A stretch of 64,000 bases of DNA, from assembly GCA_002633005.1 (NCBI GenBank), contig NMRA01000434.1, forward strand, positions 27,874 through 91,873, written 5' to 3'. The DNA comes from Phoronis australis. Taxonomy: Eukaryota > Animalia > Phoronida. Below the pieces are notes generated by a model. It ran no database searches. It saw only the letters and a program-made list of their open reading frames with translations, and was not told where the DNA came from. The position numbers and the translations under genes are program-made. Positions 1 through 12,300 of the stretch are shown here, piece after piece (the stretch's first letter is position 1; each line of letters starts with the position of its first letter).

Positions 1-763
1 GGGGGGTTATGCGTCGGAATCATGGATGCCCTGGAATATTGGGAACCCCATTTTGGACACCCTATTTTCAAAATCCTGGATAAAGGCCTGTGTGCAGCCT
101 GCATATGTCTGGTACAATGTGTTCCAGGCCACCTGTTATTACTTTTTATTTATTTAGCTCTTCCACAAGTTCATGGTGTCTCAGAGAAACTGTTAAACAT
201 TTTCACAGAACACAGTGTGAGCACGTATCAGTAGGTAGTGTGTTGCTCCCCCCAAAGAACAAGTCAGATGACATCAAGAAGTGCAGGGTGGTATATAAGA
301 TCGAGTCTCTAGAATCTCCAACCTATATCACTGAAAGTTCATTCAGAAAGTCACATGTAAGGAAGCTGCCAAACAGCAACAGCTAATCAAATGGCAATTA
401 TATAAATAATTTGATATAAACACACATCCACAATCATTAGACAAATGACGTTTTTCCATTGTCAGATGGATTTAAAAGTAGTGCGCATCACCTAGTAGCC
501 GTTAGTATTATTTTTAGCCTAACAATTGAAGTATTTATTTTCATTGGATGTTTTTCTCACAATTGCTCAAAATGTTTTTTGATTTTATGTCCATCGCAAA
601 TGGAATTGTCCTGAAGCAAATAGCAAGGCTTAATTGAAAAGTGGGACCCTCGAAGATCCATAAAACTGTTAGTAGAAGTTTCCCATGGAACCCAGGGGTT
701 ACTAATGGCTCACTGATATCAATAAATGTCTGGTCTCTATTTCATCATAGTTTTGACCTTAGT

Positions 764-791
764 AGAGAGAGAGAGAGAGGGGGAGAGAGAG
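764..791. repeat. (GA)n microsatellite, interrupted
   Basis: gagagagagagagagggggagagagaga. Confidence 0.8.
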
Positions 792-1636
792 AACTTTGCG
801 AAACATAGTAATAAGTAAGAGCGTATATATAAACAAAAATACTATGACTGCTATTATATTTTTTTCATTTAAGGGGCATACACTGTACAATCTAATTTAG
901 TTTCTAACCAAGGTATAAACAACTAGTGGCTGGCTACCAGTGATAATTATTACTGACACATAGAAGATGAATTCACAGAAAAAGTGACTGTTTATTAAGA
1001 ATACTGACAAACACAATCCTAAATAAAAAGCATTGGAGATGGCCAATGCTGACACAGAATCACTGACTAATCATTTGAACATATGTAACGATTTATGACA
1101 TGGCAGTGTTCATCATAGTTGCTTATAATATATTTTAAAGTAGAGAGAAAAACCTAAATCTGAATGAGTTATTGCAGTGATTCAGCAATAAACTTTATGT
1201 TACTAAACGTGATGATCTCAGATTGAGGCTGGGTCTGAGCTTCTATAAGAATCTTTACAATAAAAACAAAAGTTTGGGTAGTTCTAAATCTTTTAAATGA
1301 AGGAAAAGTTTCAATAGGACAATATAAAAATTTACTAGGCACTTAACTTGCACGAATTTAATGATTTCAGTTGTCTTTTTGACACAATTTCAGGAGGGGA
1401 TGACTGATATCTGATACTATGTATCATTGTATGCTGATATTTTTGTTAGATTGGCAGAGGAAGCAGGTGGGCTTGGATCCTTCAGTCCCCCTCCACTTTT
1501 TTCAGAACGGACCAACTTACTGACAACTCCATGCGTTTATTGTATGTGGTGTAACAACAGAAAAATTTCTTGTAGTGTGTGCCATTTTAACTGTATCACA
1601 AGAAATCTTTAAAAAGTTATGTTTTGAATACAATTA

Positions 1637-2365
1637 TGTCACGTTTTTCCCCGTGTGTGGGTGGGCGCAGGTTGTTACAGACCGGTGCTAATAGCTTTCG
1701 GTGTGACTATTGACTGAAGACTGGTTCGAGTTAATCCTTTATTAATCCCTACCGTATGTTCACAAGTCTACTCAAACAAAACGTCCGACGTAATGTCTGT
1801 TTATGCTCCAGCCAGTGCTGCGAAGCCTTGACTTGTGATGAACTTCTGAGACACGTTCAGCAACTGTTACACTCGTCGATTCAATAACCTGCTGTCTCTA
1901 TAGCTGGCTCTCTATTGACTATCGCTGTAACTGCTGATTCTCTTCACTGCAACTCAACTGTAATCTCCTGATTAACTTTCTTGAACTGACTTGATGTGAC
2001 TAACACAAACCCGTGCTTGTGTATTTATAGCCTAATGCATTGTTCTGGAACTTTTCATCAATTCAAGCACGTTCTAGAACTTTCCTGAATCTACTCGACC
2101 ATTCTACAAACGTGTACTAGTCTCTAGAATATTATAGTCTGCATTAATCACTGTCATGCTAGAGTCTTCTAGAAAGTTCCACACTATACTGCAGTAAACA
2201 AATTACATCATCACTGTTCTGACCTCAGTCTTCTAGAAAGTTCCACACTATTTTGTAGTAAACAAATTACATCATCACTGTACTTAACTCAGGGGTCATG
2301 CCAATCAAACAGAATAACAAAACAAAACAATACAACTAAAAATACTGTCAGTCTATATTCTGACA
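1637..2365 (-). mobile_element. Solo LTR (729 bp) in the UBTD intron, antisense to UBTD
   Basis: TGTCA...TGACA termini with a 5-bp TSD AATTA (1632-1636 and 2366-2370). On - there is TATAAATA (2022-2029) followed by AATAAA (1738-1743), plus an internal ~55-bp direct repeat (about 2163-2217 and 2228-2281). Confidence 0.8.
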
Positions 2366-2614
2366 AATTACTGCTTTTTGTTTATTGTCATGATCAAGTT
2401 TGAAGATTTAAAAATCTCAGCCCCCCCCACCACCCACCGCCCTTAGAAAATGGTCTGCCGCCAATGCAAAATTTGAAGAAAGCTTATTTGTTGGTGTACG
2501 TTTATTTACTGATGTTTTGCCCAGATGTGAAGTTGTCATGCAAACAGTAATGTGGTATTGTCTTGAGAAACCTGATTTATGCCACCACTTGTTAATTCTT
2601 AAATGTTGTTTCAG

Positions 2615-2851
2615 TTACTCTCGGTCGCAACCAACCTTTGAAACCCGAGAAGCCTAAATGGAAAAGTGACATCCCACTAACAGATGGCCAACTGCGTAGT
2701 AAGAGAGATGAGTTCTGGGATACTGCACCAGCATTTGAAGGAAGGAAGGAGATCTGGGATGCACTCAAGGCTGCTGCGTATGCTCTGGAGACTCGGGACC
2801 ATGCCCTGGCACAGGCTATATTGGATGGTGCCAGCATATCATTACCACATG
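2615..2851 (+). CDS. UBTD1: UBTD1/2-like ubiquitin domain-containing protein, internal coding exon (N-terminal DC-UbP/UBD domain)
   Basis: tttcag acceptor and G|gtgag donor. Encodes (V)[18 protein letters not shown]...[28 protein letters not shown]...ISLPH, the hallmark UBTD1/UBTD2 sequence. The upstream first exon was not seen. Probably co-orthologous to vertebrate UBTD1 and UBTD2. Confidence 0.95.
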
Positions 2852-3290
2852 GTGAGCAGCTTACCTTGGGGGGTCCGGGAAGTGCTATATTTAGGTGGTG
2901 CCAACATCTCTACCACATGGTAGGCAGGTGTAATGGGGCTAAGGGAAATCTTGTGTTGAAATCTCACGCAGCGCTAATTGGGTCTAGCCCAAACTACAAA
3001 CTTGAAAAGGCATAAATTATGTTTAATAGTGTCGAATCATCCTGCTGAACCAATCAATGAACTTCATTCAGTTCATAGTGATGTTGTGTGTGATCAAGAA
3101 TGCTAACTTGCCAAAGAATCGAAACAAATGATTCCACTCTAAAACATTACCAAACCATGTTTTAAAGATGGTGCTTTACACACGTGCACACTCGACCTTA
3201 TCTCTGTCATCTGATTTCTACCATTCCTTGAATTCACCTGTGATTATCACTGGTCTCCTCTACTATGCATACGCACGCATGCACAAACAG

Positions 3291-3314
3291 ACACACACAC
3301 ACACACACACACAC
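3291..3314. repeat. (CA)n microsatellite
   Basis: About 12 AC units. Confidence 0.9.
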
Positions 3315-3780
3315 CATTGATTAGTAATACAAAATTGCTTATTTTTACAGAAATCAGAGAGCAGTAGACATAATTATGCTTACTGAAAAACCCAAGTGTA
3401 ACCACAGACAGTCATATTTAAAGACTTTCACTCAGTGTAACTGGCGGACTTAGTACTGTATATGGCCGCCTTTATTTATTTCCTTTCACCTTACCCTTTT
3501 TCCTCTGCGATGGGTTGGACTTGGTCAGTAAAGTAGATTTTTTCCACTTTTCATGGTCACTGATTGTTCGTTTTTGTTGCAAAAATACTTTCGTTTTAAA
3601 TCTACTGGATAGATAAAAAACTTTCAAATAGATTAATGCTCATATTTTATGGTTGGTTGTACTTGTGAAACAAAATGTAATTTCAATTTTGAATTTTGCC
3701 TTGCGTGTACAATCTGCAGGCATTAGTCCTTTAGTTCTGGATACTATTTACTCTGTTAACTGTTGTCCTCTGTTTGCCAG

Positions 3781-4169
3781 GAACACTGCTAGACACATAT
3801 GATGAGTTGGGCCATCACTACCAGCTGCCAGTGTACGTACTAAGTGCCCCTACCAACCTGATCGAGGAAGGTAGCGAGGTCGAGTCAGACGTAGAGCAAG
3901 AGCTAGCACCACCTGGCTTAGAAACCACGGTTAAGTTCCGCCTGTCCACAGGCAAAGACATTCGAATGGTGGTGCGCACTACGGACACCGTGTCCAAGCT
4001 CAAAAGACAGTTCCACACGACTGAGAATATCGAGCCATCGCGCCAGCGTTGGTTCTTCTCTGGGCGCGTTCTGAGTGACAAGATGACAATTGAAGACATC
4101 AAGATACCCAAGGGATTTGTGGTGCAAGTGATTATATCACCACCAGATGTAACCCCTGTTGAAAGCTAG
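3781..4169 (+). CDS. UBTD1: UBTD1/2-like protein, last coding exon (C-terminal ubiquitin-like domain)
   Basis: ttgccag acceptor with a phase-1 join (G|GA). Encodes GTLLDTYDELGHHYQLPVYVLSAPTNL...VKFRLSTGKD...RQRWFFSGRVL...GFVVQVII; TAG stop at 4167-4169. Confidence 0.95.
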
Positions 4170-7100
4170 ATGAGCTAGATGTTTGACTGTGATTTTTAAG
4201 TCTTACTGCAAGAGGCAGGAAGTTCCTTGTTGTTGCGTTGAATAACTGTTATTGTGTAAACAACTTGTTATAATCAAGACTATGTTTTTAAGATTACTGT
4301 GTTACTGTCAGAAGGCTTTGTACAGATTTGTGTTGGAATAATCCATTTTATTAGTCTAATGGATTATTTCTATTATTCAGCACTTTATACATGTTTACAT
4401 ACTATCTTGTGTGGATAAGATTTCATATATTCTCTTATTCTATTCTTAGATTCAGGCAGCATAGCTAATCTACATGGGATGATAAAAAATTTCTTCAAGT
4501 TTGGAAAAATGATTGCTCAAAATTGTCATTTACAGTGTTAACATTGAGGTGGAACTTCATTCATATTTATTTTTGTGGGTTCATTGGCAAAATGGAATTA
4601 CTTTTACACTGCATTTTTCCCTTAGTTGAAAATTCGTTACTTCAGAAATATTACACGCTTCACTTCCTGAAGTACAATCCTGCTGGATATGGATGGCGGG
4701 TGTCTCAGTGTTTGTGGGCAGTTACATCTGTCGCAAATTGGCACTCGTGAACAAAGTTGTATTATTTTTAACATTACCATTAAGTACAGGTGAATGCTCA
4801 TGGTACTAAAAACACTAAATTGAATTAATATCAAAAGATATTAATGGCCTCTTGGTCAGTTAACATTAAAGCTCACCAATAGCTGCAATTGTTACGGCAT
4901 TTTAAGTCAAGTTCGATTCCAACACCTGTGTCCAGAGGCTCGTATTGGTTGTGTTACAATTAATCTTAATGGTGACAATCTTTCAATTAAGACTTGCTAC
5001 ACACACATCACCACTATCTTTTTTAAAGATATGGGTTGTCTGGTTGCTGTAACATTGTTTTCATTTTGCAAATCAAAGTAAATTGGGTGCTTATTAAAAA
5101 GTGGGTGACTCATCTGCTGTAAGGAGCAGATAGTTATTGGGAATTTTCACCTTAGTGTGATTGTGGTGCCAGTATTTGGGGTGCAATGCAACTGATTGGG
5201 CCAATATCACATGCGGGAAAATCTCGCTAATTTAGGACACAACATGGCTGAAGGGTAAAATTTCTTTCTTTCATTTTTCATAAAAGAGGTAGCACCAAGT
5301 ATTTTAAATGCTTTATCGACTCTAAAGATCTGTATTTTGGCTACCACCAGACGATGATTCTGAGAACTTATGAAGCCTTCAGAAAATGAAAAAGGAACGA
5401 TTTTGCAATTATTTTTTCCAAACTTGGTGAAATTTTACCATAGAATCATATGTGTAATATTGCCCTAATGAATGATGTATTGTGTATGATATATGGCTCA
5501 TATCATTTTGAGATACACGGTATACTGTTATGATATACATGTATGTTATATTGTACTGACATACAGTATATTATGACTGATGATTGTATGTTGCAGCGCA
5601 ATATTGTATGTGTATATACCGTATAGTACGTGATGTTAATAATATATAGTATTTTGTTCTATGAGATTGCATGATGGTGTATGCTATGTTATATCATTTT
5701 CCTTCAAAACAGTTGCATGTTTGCATGGCAAATGCAGAGAACTTACTCAATGTATGCCTAGTCAATGATCGATCATTCCGTAAGCATTCTCTGCAGTCAC
5801 ACAGATCACTTCAAATTGTGACTTATTGTGTTTTCAGCAACCACTGCTCACTTGAACATTGTGAACAAATATAGGGCCAGACAATCTTCTTCCCACATGG
5901 ACATTGTCATTAAGTTTCCTTTTCTTATTAACACAAATCTCTTGTTATGAGCTGCAGTTCTTTCCTCATAAGCCACAACGGATTTTGTTCTTATTAGCTT
6001 TAATGGTTTTTTCAAGAACCTCATTTAGTTTCTTATGGTGTTCTTTTCTCACAGGTTATAACTTAGTGAGACTTCTAGGATTTCAGGTTGTCTTGCTACA
6101 CGGATGTAGGGCACATTATTCAGACTTAGCACTTCTAGGCACTTGGCACTACAAGCATGAAATGAGTTCCGTGTTGGTTATTGAGATTTGAGGTATGATG
6201 AACCACTAACTTTTGTGATTAATCTTAGCCACCAATGGCATGAGTAGGAGGCATCTGATACTTGCATGTGCTCTGTATGGTGTCTTATTTATTTAATCAG
6301 AGAAGAGGCATTTTAACTCTGTGACTGCTGTAGCTGTAGTGCGCGAGATAACAACTGTTGGGGAACACGGCATTGCCTTTACAATCTGTTCAGTGCTGTT
6401 TATGAGAAAAGTGCAGTTCGTAATAACTGAATTCCAGTTCAGGAGAAATGAATTACAGCTCATCAGAAAAAAATTGCAAAATCTTATACCCAACTTGTTT
6501 TTTAAAAACTCCCGTTCTCAGCATGAACAAAAGACACGTGTCTTTTATTTTGTGCTCGAGTACATCAACGCGTGGGCACATAAGTTTCTCATACAAGCTC
6601 ATTGAAGCTATAACATTAAGTTGGAGCTTTAAGTCCATGTTTGAGCTCAAGTCTGTAACTTGTATCTAGAGGTGTTCAAGGGTGCACTTGTATTAAGCAC
6701 TCATCTGTATAAACTTACTGTACTGAAACAGAAAATGAGAGACGCTTCTGTTTGATTAAGATAGATCAGAAAGTATCAACAATAAGTGAAACTGGATTTT
6801 AAAGCGAAAATTCTTCCCGATACTCTCCAACTCATGTAACATGTAGCTGATGTCAGCCTAATTAATTGGTTTGCTGAAGGCAGTCCTACCAATCCTATCC
6901 AGGGCTGAGTTCTGTAGGGACAAAAAACTTGTGAAAACAAAAGATAATTCAAGTTACTCAAGTTATAACCATGTTTCACAAGCAAAGCATGTTATCATAC
7001 CAGCTATTCTTGTGAATGTCTTGCGTGCACAGAACATGCCCCAGATAAAAGGATTAGTGGTCACCAGAGGTTAACTTGCCCTAGTGATGTAGCCTGGTGG

Positions 7101-8001
7101 TCAACGTTGCATCATGCCGCCCAGTAGATGTTTATACCTGTCATTAATTACTAATTATTAAATCAAACATGTTCTTGCAGTCGGTGGCTGACAGATGTCT
7201 CTCTGGGGAGTAACTTGGCTGTTTTAGTTTTCAGGGGCTGTTGTTTGGTTAATAGTGAATATCATGACTGTGTGCTTTTTCAATTCGCCTAAGACGTTCC
7301 ATTATTAACATGCCTCAGATGTGGACTCTATCACTAGGTAAAAATTACGACAAATGGTAAAAATTGCTCTTGCCAGTTGTCCGCTCCTAAGACACAAATG
7401 TATCATAAGGAAGTGGCTGGTATAGCAGACCACACATTTAGTTATTTAGTTTCAGTGTTTTTAACCTCTTCTTGTAGAGGCCACCCTTTTATCCCAGTTT
7501 CTATTAAATGTTTTACAATCCTCCAGGGGTTGTACATGATGTCCTGTAAGAGTGAAGTTTTGTTGATGCATAAAAAAATTTTAAGCCTCCAGATCGCTTA
7601 ATAATCGATGAATGACCGCTTTGTCACTCAAATTGACGTTGAGTTGATATGGGCCATCAATGATGAATCCTGATCCCTCAAAGTTCACTCAAATCCACCT
7701 TTACTCAAGGTTATTTTGGTCATGTGCAGCCACTATTTTGGCAAAGTGGCTGCAAGTAACGGTTAACATGTTACAAAATTGGTCCCAACATTTGTCAGTT
7801 TGTAATTGAATGCCATGATACGGTTTGCTCAGATGTTTCATGGTGGATCAGCTGATTCATCACTGTCAACAAGTTATCATTCTTGTTATGTGGTTCATTG
7901 CACCAACAAATTTTACGTCCTTTTAATCACATGCACCTCAGCATGTTCTAGCTTATGTGTGTATCTATGTTAAACAGATATATCACCTACTGTCAGTTTT
8001 C

Positions 8002-8007
8002 AATAAA
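8002..8007 (+). terminator. Candidate poly(A) signal of UBTD
   Basis: First canonical AATAAA I found after the UBTD stop, followed by a GT-rich downstream element (gttttgtgttttgttg, about 8030-8046). Confidence 0.5.
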
Positions 8008-8079
8008 TTTTACATGTACATAACATGCAGTTTTGTGTTTTGTTGATTTAGAAGTACATTTCAATTACACATAGATATA

Positions 8080-8118
8080 TTTATTTAAACGACTTCATGA
8101 TTGACAACAGACTTTATT
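8080..8118 (-). terminator. Candidate poly(A) signals of Slit
   Basis: AATAAA on - at 8113-8118 and 8080-8085, downstream of the Slit stop. Confidence 0.45.
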
Positions 8119-8382
8119 GACTCAGTGTAAGTGTTTTTTGATGGTGCTGTACTATTTATAGTAAGGAGCATGTCTAGTTAAAAAAGCACTACATATATTT
8201 AACATTACCCTTGCTTTATAAAAACAGCAGGGTTCTTATAATTTAAAGACAACCTTTTTATCAAATACACGTGTCAGAGTTAAAATACAAGCTAAAATAT
8301 TTACATTGTAACTGTTTCAGTATTTAGACACTCAAATACTGAGGTTTCATCAGATATGTATAAAAATATATTAATATTAATA

Positions 8383-9091
8383 TATACAGAATGAGGACAA
8401 CAGACTGAACAATCAAACGACACTGACAATATTGAGACTTAAATACAGAGAAAATGTCACTCAAAGCCTCCATACAAAACATATGATTATCTCGACATAA
8501 AAGAGAAACAAACTCTTGGCAAAAATATCAACGAAATAAACCTTAAGTAAAGGTCTTAAGTACAGATCCTTTCTGAGAGTCACCAAGATGTGATTGTCGC
8601 GTATACCACTACACAAGTCCTGAGACGCGCTGTTCCATTGTAACCAGTTTTGTCCCAATGTGGTGTTGCTCGAACATCCTTTCTGTCAAACAGTATGTTC
8701 TTAATAGAAACGTCATGTAGTTCTAATTGTCAGTCCGNTATACAGAATGAGGACAACAGACTGAACAATCAAACGACACTGACAGTATTGAGACTTAAAT
8801 ACAGAGAAAATGTCACTCAAAGCCTCCATACAAAACATGATTATCTCGACATAAAAGAGAAACAAACTCTTGGCAAAAATATCAACGAAATAAACCTTAA
8901 GTAAAGGTCTTAAGTACAGATCCTTTCTGAGAGTCACCAAGATGTGATTGTCGCGTATACCACTACACAAGTCCTGAGACGCGCTGTTCCATTGTAACCA
9001 GTTTTGTCCCAATGTGGTGTTGCTCGAACATCCTTTCTGTCAAACAGTATGTTCTTAATAGAAACGTCATGTAGTTCTAATTGTCAGTCCG
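8383..9091. repeat. About 355-bp tandem duplicate of the Slit stop region and 3'UTR, split by a single N; probable assembly artefact
   Basis: 8383-8737 and 8739-9091 are near-identical (one substitution and one 2-bp indel seen), with N at 8738. Confidence 0.85.
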
Positions 9092-9321
9092 ACAAGACAT
9101 GCACTTACATCTCCGCACAACTTTAATGTCCGTTACGTAACTTGTATTGTCATGGTCACAGAAGACTTTTATCTTCCGTTCCTTAAATCTGTGTGGTCGG
9201 CAGCATGTGCCCCCACCGCAAGAGCCTTGACAAAGACGATGGCGAACTTTTGACTTGGATTTACAACCAGTCTTAGGGTCTGTGTAAACGTCCCTGTGAA
9301 CCACTCCATTACATGTGGGCT
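9077..9321 (-). CDS. slit: Slit last coding exon, C-terminal cystine knot
   Basis: ttccag acceptor; EPTCNGV...[24 protein letters not shown]...VFC...[10 protein letters not shown]; TAG stop at 9077-9079. Confidence 0.94.
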
Positions 9322-12300
9322 CTGGAATTAACAGTCAACAGTAGTAATGAGTCTAGCCAATTAAGTGAGACACAATGAAAAAAGACGTGTTGACAACATG
9401 GCCTCCTTCTGTTGCTGACACTTATGGCACAGGAACTGTTATTTTTATTACAAATTATTTAGCACTTTTAACACGTTTTCACGAAAGAACCACTGATGAA
9501 GGCACAGGGTTGATGACTCATTCGGTTCCATAAATAACTTTTGTTTTCAAAAAGTCAAGAACGTAGTCCTTCTAATGGTAAGTATTCAACAATCGTCACT
9601 TACAGGGGTGTCGTATTTTGAGTTCTCAAAATCTGGAAACCCTGTAAATGATTATTGCCATTCAATTTTCTGCACCTAAGCCCAGCACCATTCACTGATG
9701 TTGTATTCAAAGCACCAGTCACGTGTACACTTACCTACATCACAGTTTTTCCCGGAGTAACCTTTTCTACATTTACAAATATAGCCCTTATTTTTCACTT
9801 TGCACCTTCCTGTTTTGCATGGGTTTGGCCGGCATGGGTTGTCATGGCGACGAGGTGGCTCCTTATCATGCTGAGACTCTGGACATCCAGGCATGACCTT
9901 GTGACGTCTGACGGAGCTTGCCATGAAGTCAACCATCTTGTTGTTGATCATTACTTTACTCATACAGCCTGTAATAATCAAGCTTTGCCACATAAGTCTA
10001 CCACGTGACTGCAACTCCTACCTGACAATTGAGAGGCACAATCATTGATTTTTTCACTGACATATTTCACACAAAATAATTGCTGAAGTTATCACTTGTG
10101 ATCGACATAAGTTATATGTTGCACTAAATAAACATACACTAGTTCATGATGCGCTCACCCATTCAAATTTCACTTCATTCTTTGCCGGAGAGAATTAAAA
10201 TCATTCAGATAAGAGCTCTCAGTGCAGTGGTGTACAAAAGTAATTAGTCGCACCATTGTGTTGCTCGGGTAGGTTACACAATAGGTTGGAACATATCAAA
10301 AAGGCTATCAACAGTTTTAATACATGTTATGTGTCTTTTCTGTAATTGACCAATTTTTGTCAGTGCTAGTATGAAAAGTTCAACTTAAAATGACAAGATT
10401 TAGCTTTTAAAGGTTGTACCACGGTGTCTAAAATGGTAGAGAAAAATGTTTCCACGCACAGGCAGTGGCTATTACCGACAACCTTCATAATATCCATAGG
10501 AGCTGGTCACAGAAGTTCAGGTGCTGTAGTAATTAGTGACTTTTGTAATCCCAACCAGTAAGAATTAAGCATTCGTAGTTACTGCTTGATGGAATTTCAG
10601 ATGTAGCACATAATGCTCCACGATGAAAGGAGACCAAGAAATAGCGAAATAAAGGAAATTTATTATGAATGACAAAACGGGGTTACAAAGTACACAAACA
10701 AAAATTATGTCAGCATAAAATATTTTTTTTGAAATACGTCCCGTTGATAAATGAACATGCAAAGGGAAATTGAACAAAATAGATCTGAAAATATGTGAGT
10801 TTACAGGTCACTAGGGAAAACAGGCTTAATATGTATATGAACAATTTGCAGTCCTACTTTGCATTTCAATTAATATTAGGTCATTAAGGTCACACGTTTT
10901 GTCATGGTAGGTCACCAGTACGGTCCCAAGAATTAATAAGACTTAATATAAACAGTCACAAGACAGGTTTTTCCTAACATTTGGGGCTCAGCTATTCAGA
11001 ATCCGCAGGGAGTAATAAAACAGCTATCTTCTGGGCCAGGACCATAAAGCCTTTGTTTAGTTGTGTTCAGTTACAGTCTAACTGGGACAGTTGTATACCT
11101 AAGAGCAGGGGTCACAAACAACTGCTTTCACTGACCTTGCATGACAATTACAGACCAAGTGTGTGTGAAGGACAACCATCATTTACAACCCCATCAGGAA
11201 AAGTCTCTCTCACCTGTGAAACTGTCACCCTTCTTCACTTGATATTTCACCACGGCGCGCTGTCCTACATGACGAGGCAGACCCCCCAGGTAGGTCGGCT
11301 CGCTCACCATCATCTTGGTCTTCTCACCATCGTTTAGTATGGTCCTCGGTCGGCCGTGGTCAATTCTCATCGTGAAGTTCTTGTTCAATATCAGCATCTC
11401 TAACACGTGAGGTAGGCCATCGTTGATTTTCTCAAATGAATACAGCTGCGAGACTGGATAGTTGCCGATGTCGAAGCTGACTCTGACGTGGCCCAGGAAG
11501 AGCTCGACAGCAATATGTTGGTCGAGCCCGTGGTACAGTATAATACCACTCTTGCCACGGGTTGTCAAGACAACCGTCATGTTGACAGATGGAGCAAACG
11601 GGAGTGCAGGGATCTCGGCATACGATCCACGCTCAAAATGAATGCTGGTCAGCTTTTCACAGTTCTTACCATCGAAACCTGGGAAAACAATTTCTAGATA
11701 TTAATTTTTTCACCACCATTATCAATGGTAATTGCTAGTGTTACAAGAACAGATGAGTGTTATACCATCAAACTATTACTACTACCAGGAAGACGTTACC
11801 AGGAAGGTCAAGTGGCTAAACAACAAATTCTTGGTATTTTTACAAAACAGGGCTTGGAATAACCAGTGACAAAAAAAGAGGAGATGTTTCCAGGTGATAT
11901 ATAGTTCCACAAGTAGGCTTGTGTGATAGAAATATTTTTTGCGATGTAAAATTCTGACAGCTGAAATGAATGCTTTTGCATGAATAAAGTCAAAATAATA
12001 ATAAAAAGATACAAAAAAATCCAAGTCCTGACAAAAGCAATTGAAGAAGTACTGTTTAACTGAGGAAAATTATAATTCAATTTGTTATCTTTTAATTTTG
12101 TTTATTCTTTGTACATAAAAGGCCACCGGCCCATAGTACATACCACATAATACACACCATGTACATAAACAGATACACTGATGTATAAAATAACAATTAG
12201 AATGCTGAAACATTTAGACACTGGCTCTTATGAGAAAGGTTTTCTTGATGAACTTTGACAGATTAACCAAGAAGGTACTTGAAACGTTATTCATGTAACT

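Noticed and set aside
3818-4127. Antisense ORFs over the UBTD exon, and other short ORFs in the track
   Set aside because: They are shadows of real coding exons or random ORFs with alternative starts and no recognisable domains.
8383-9091. Apparent tandem duplication of the Slit stop codon and 3'UTR
   Set aside because: The two copies are joined by a single N and differ only at allele-like positions, typical of an unmerged contig overlap rather than biology.
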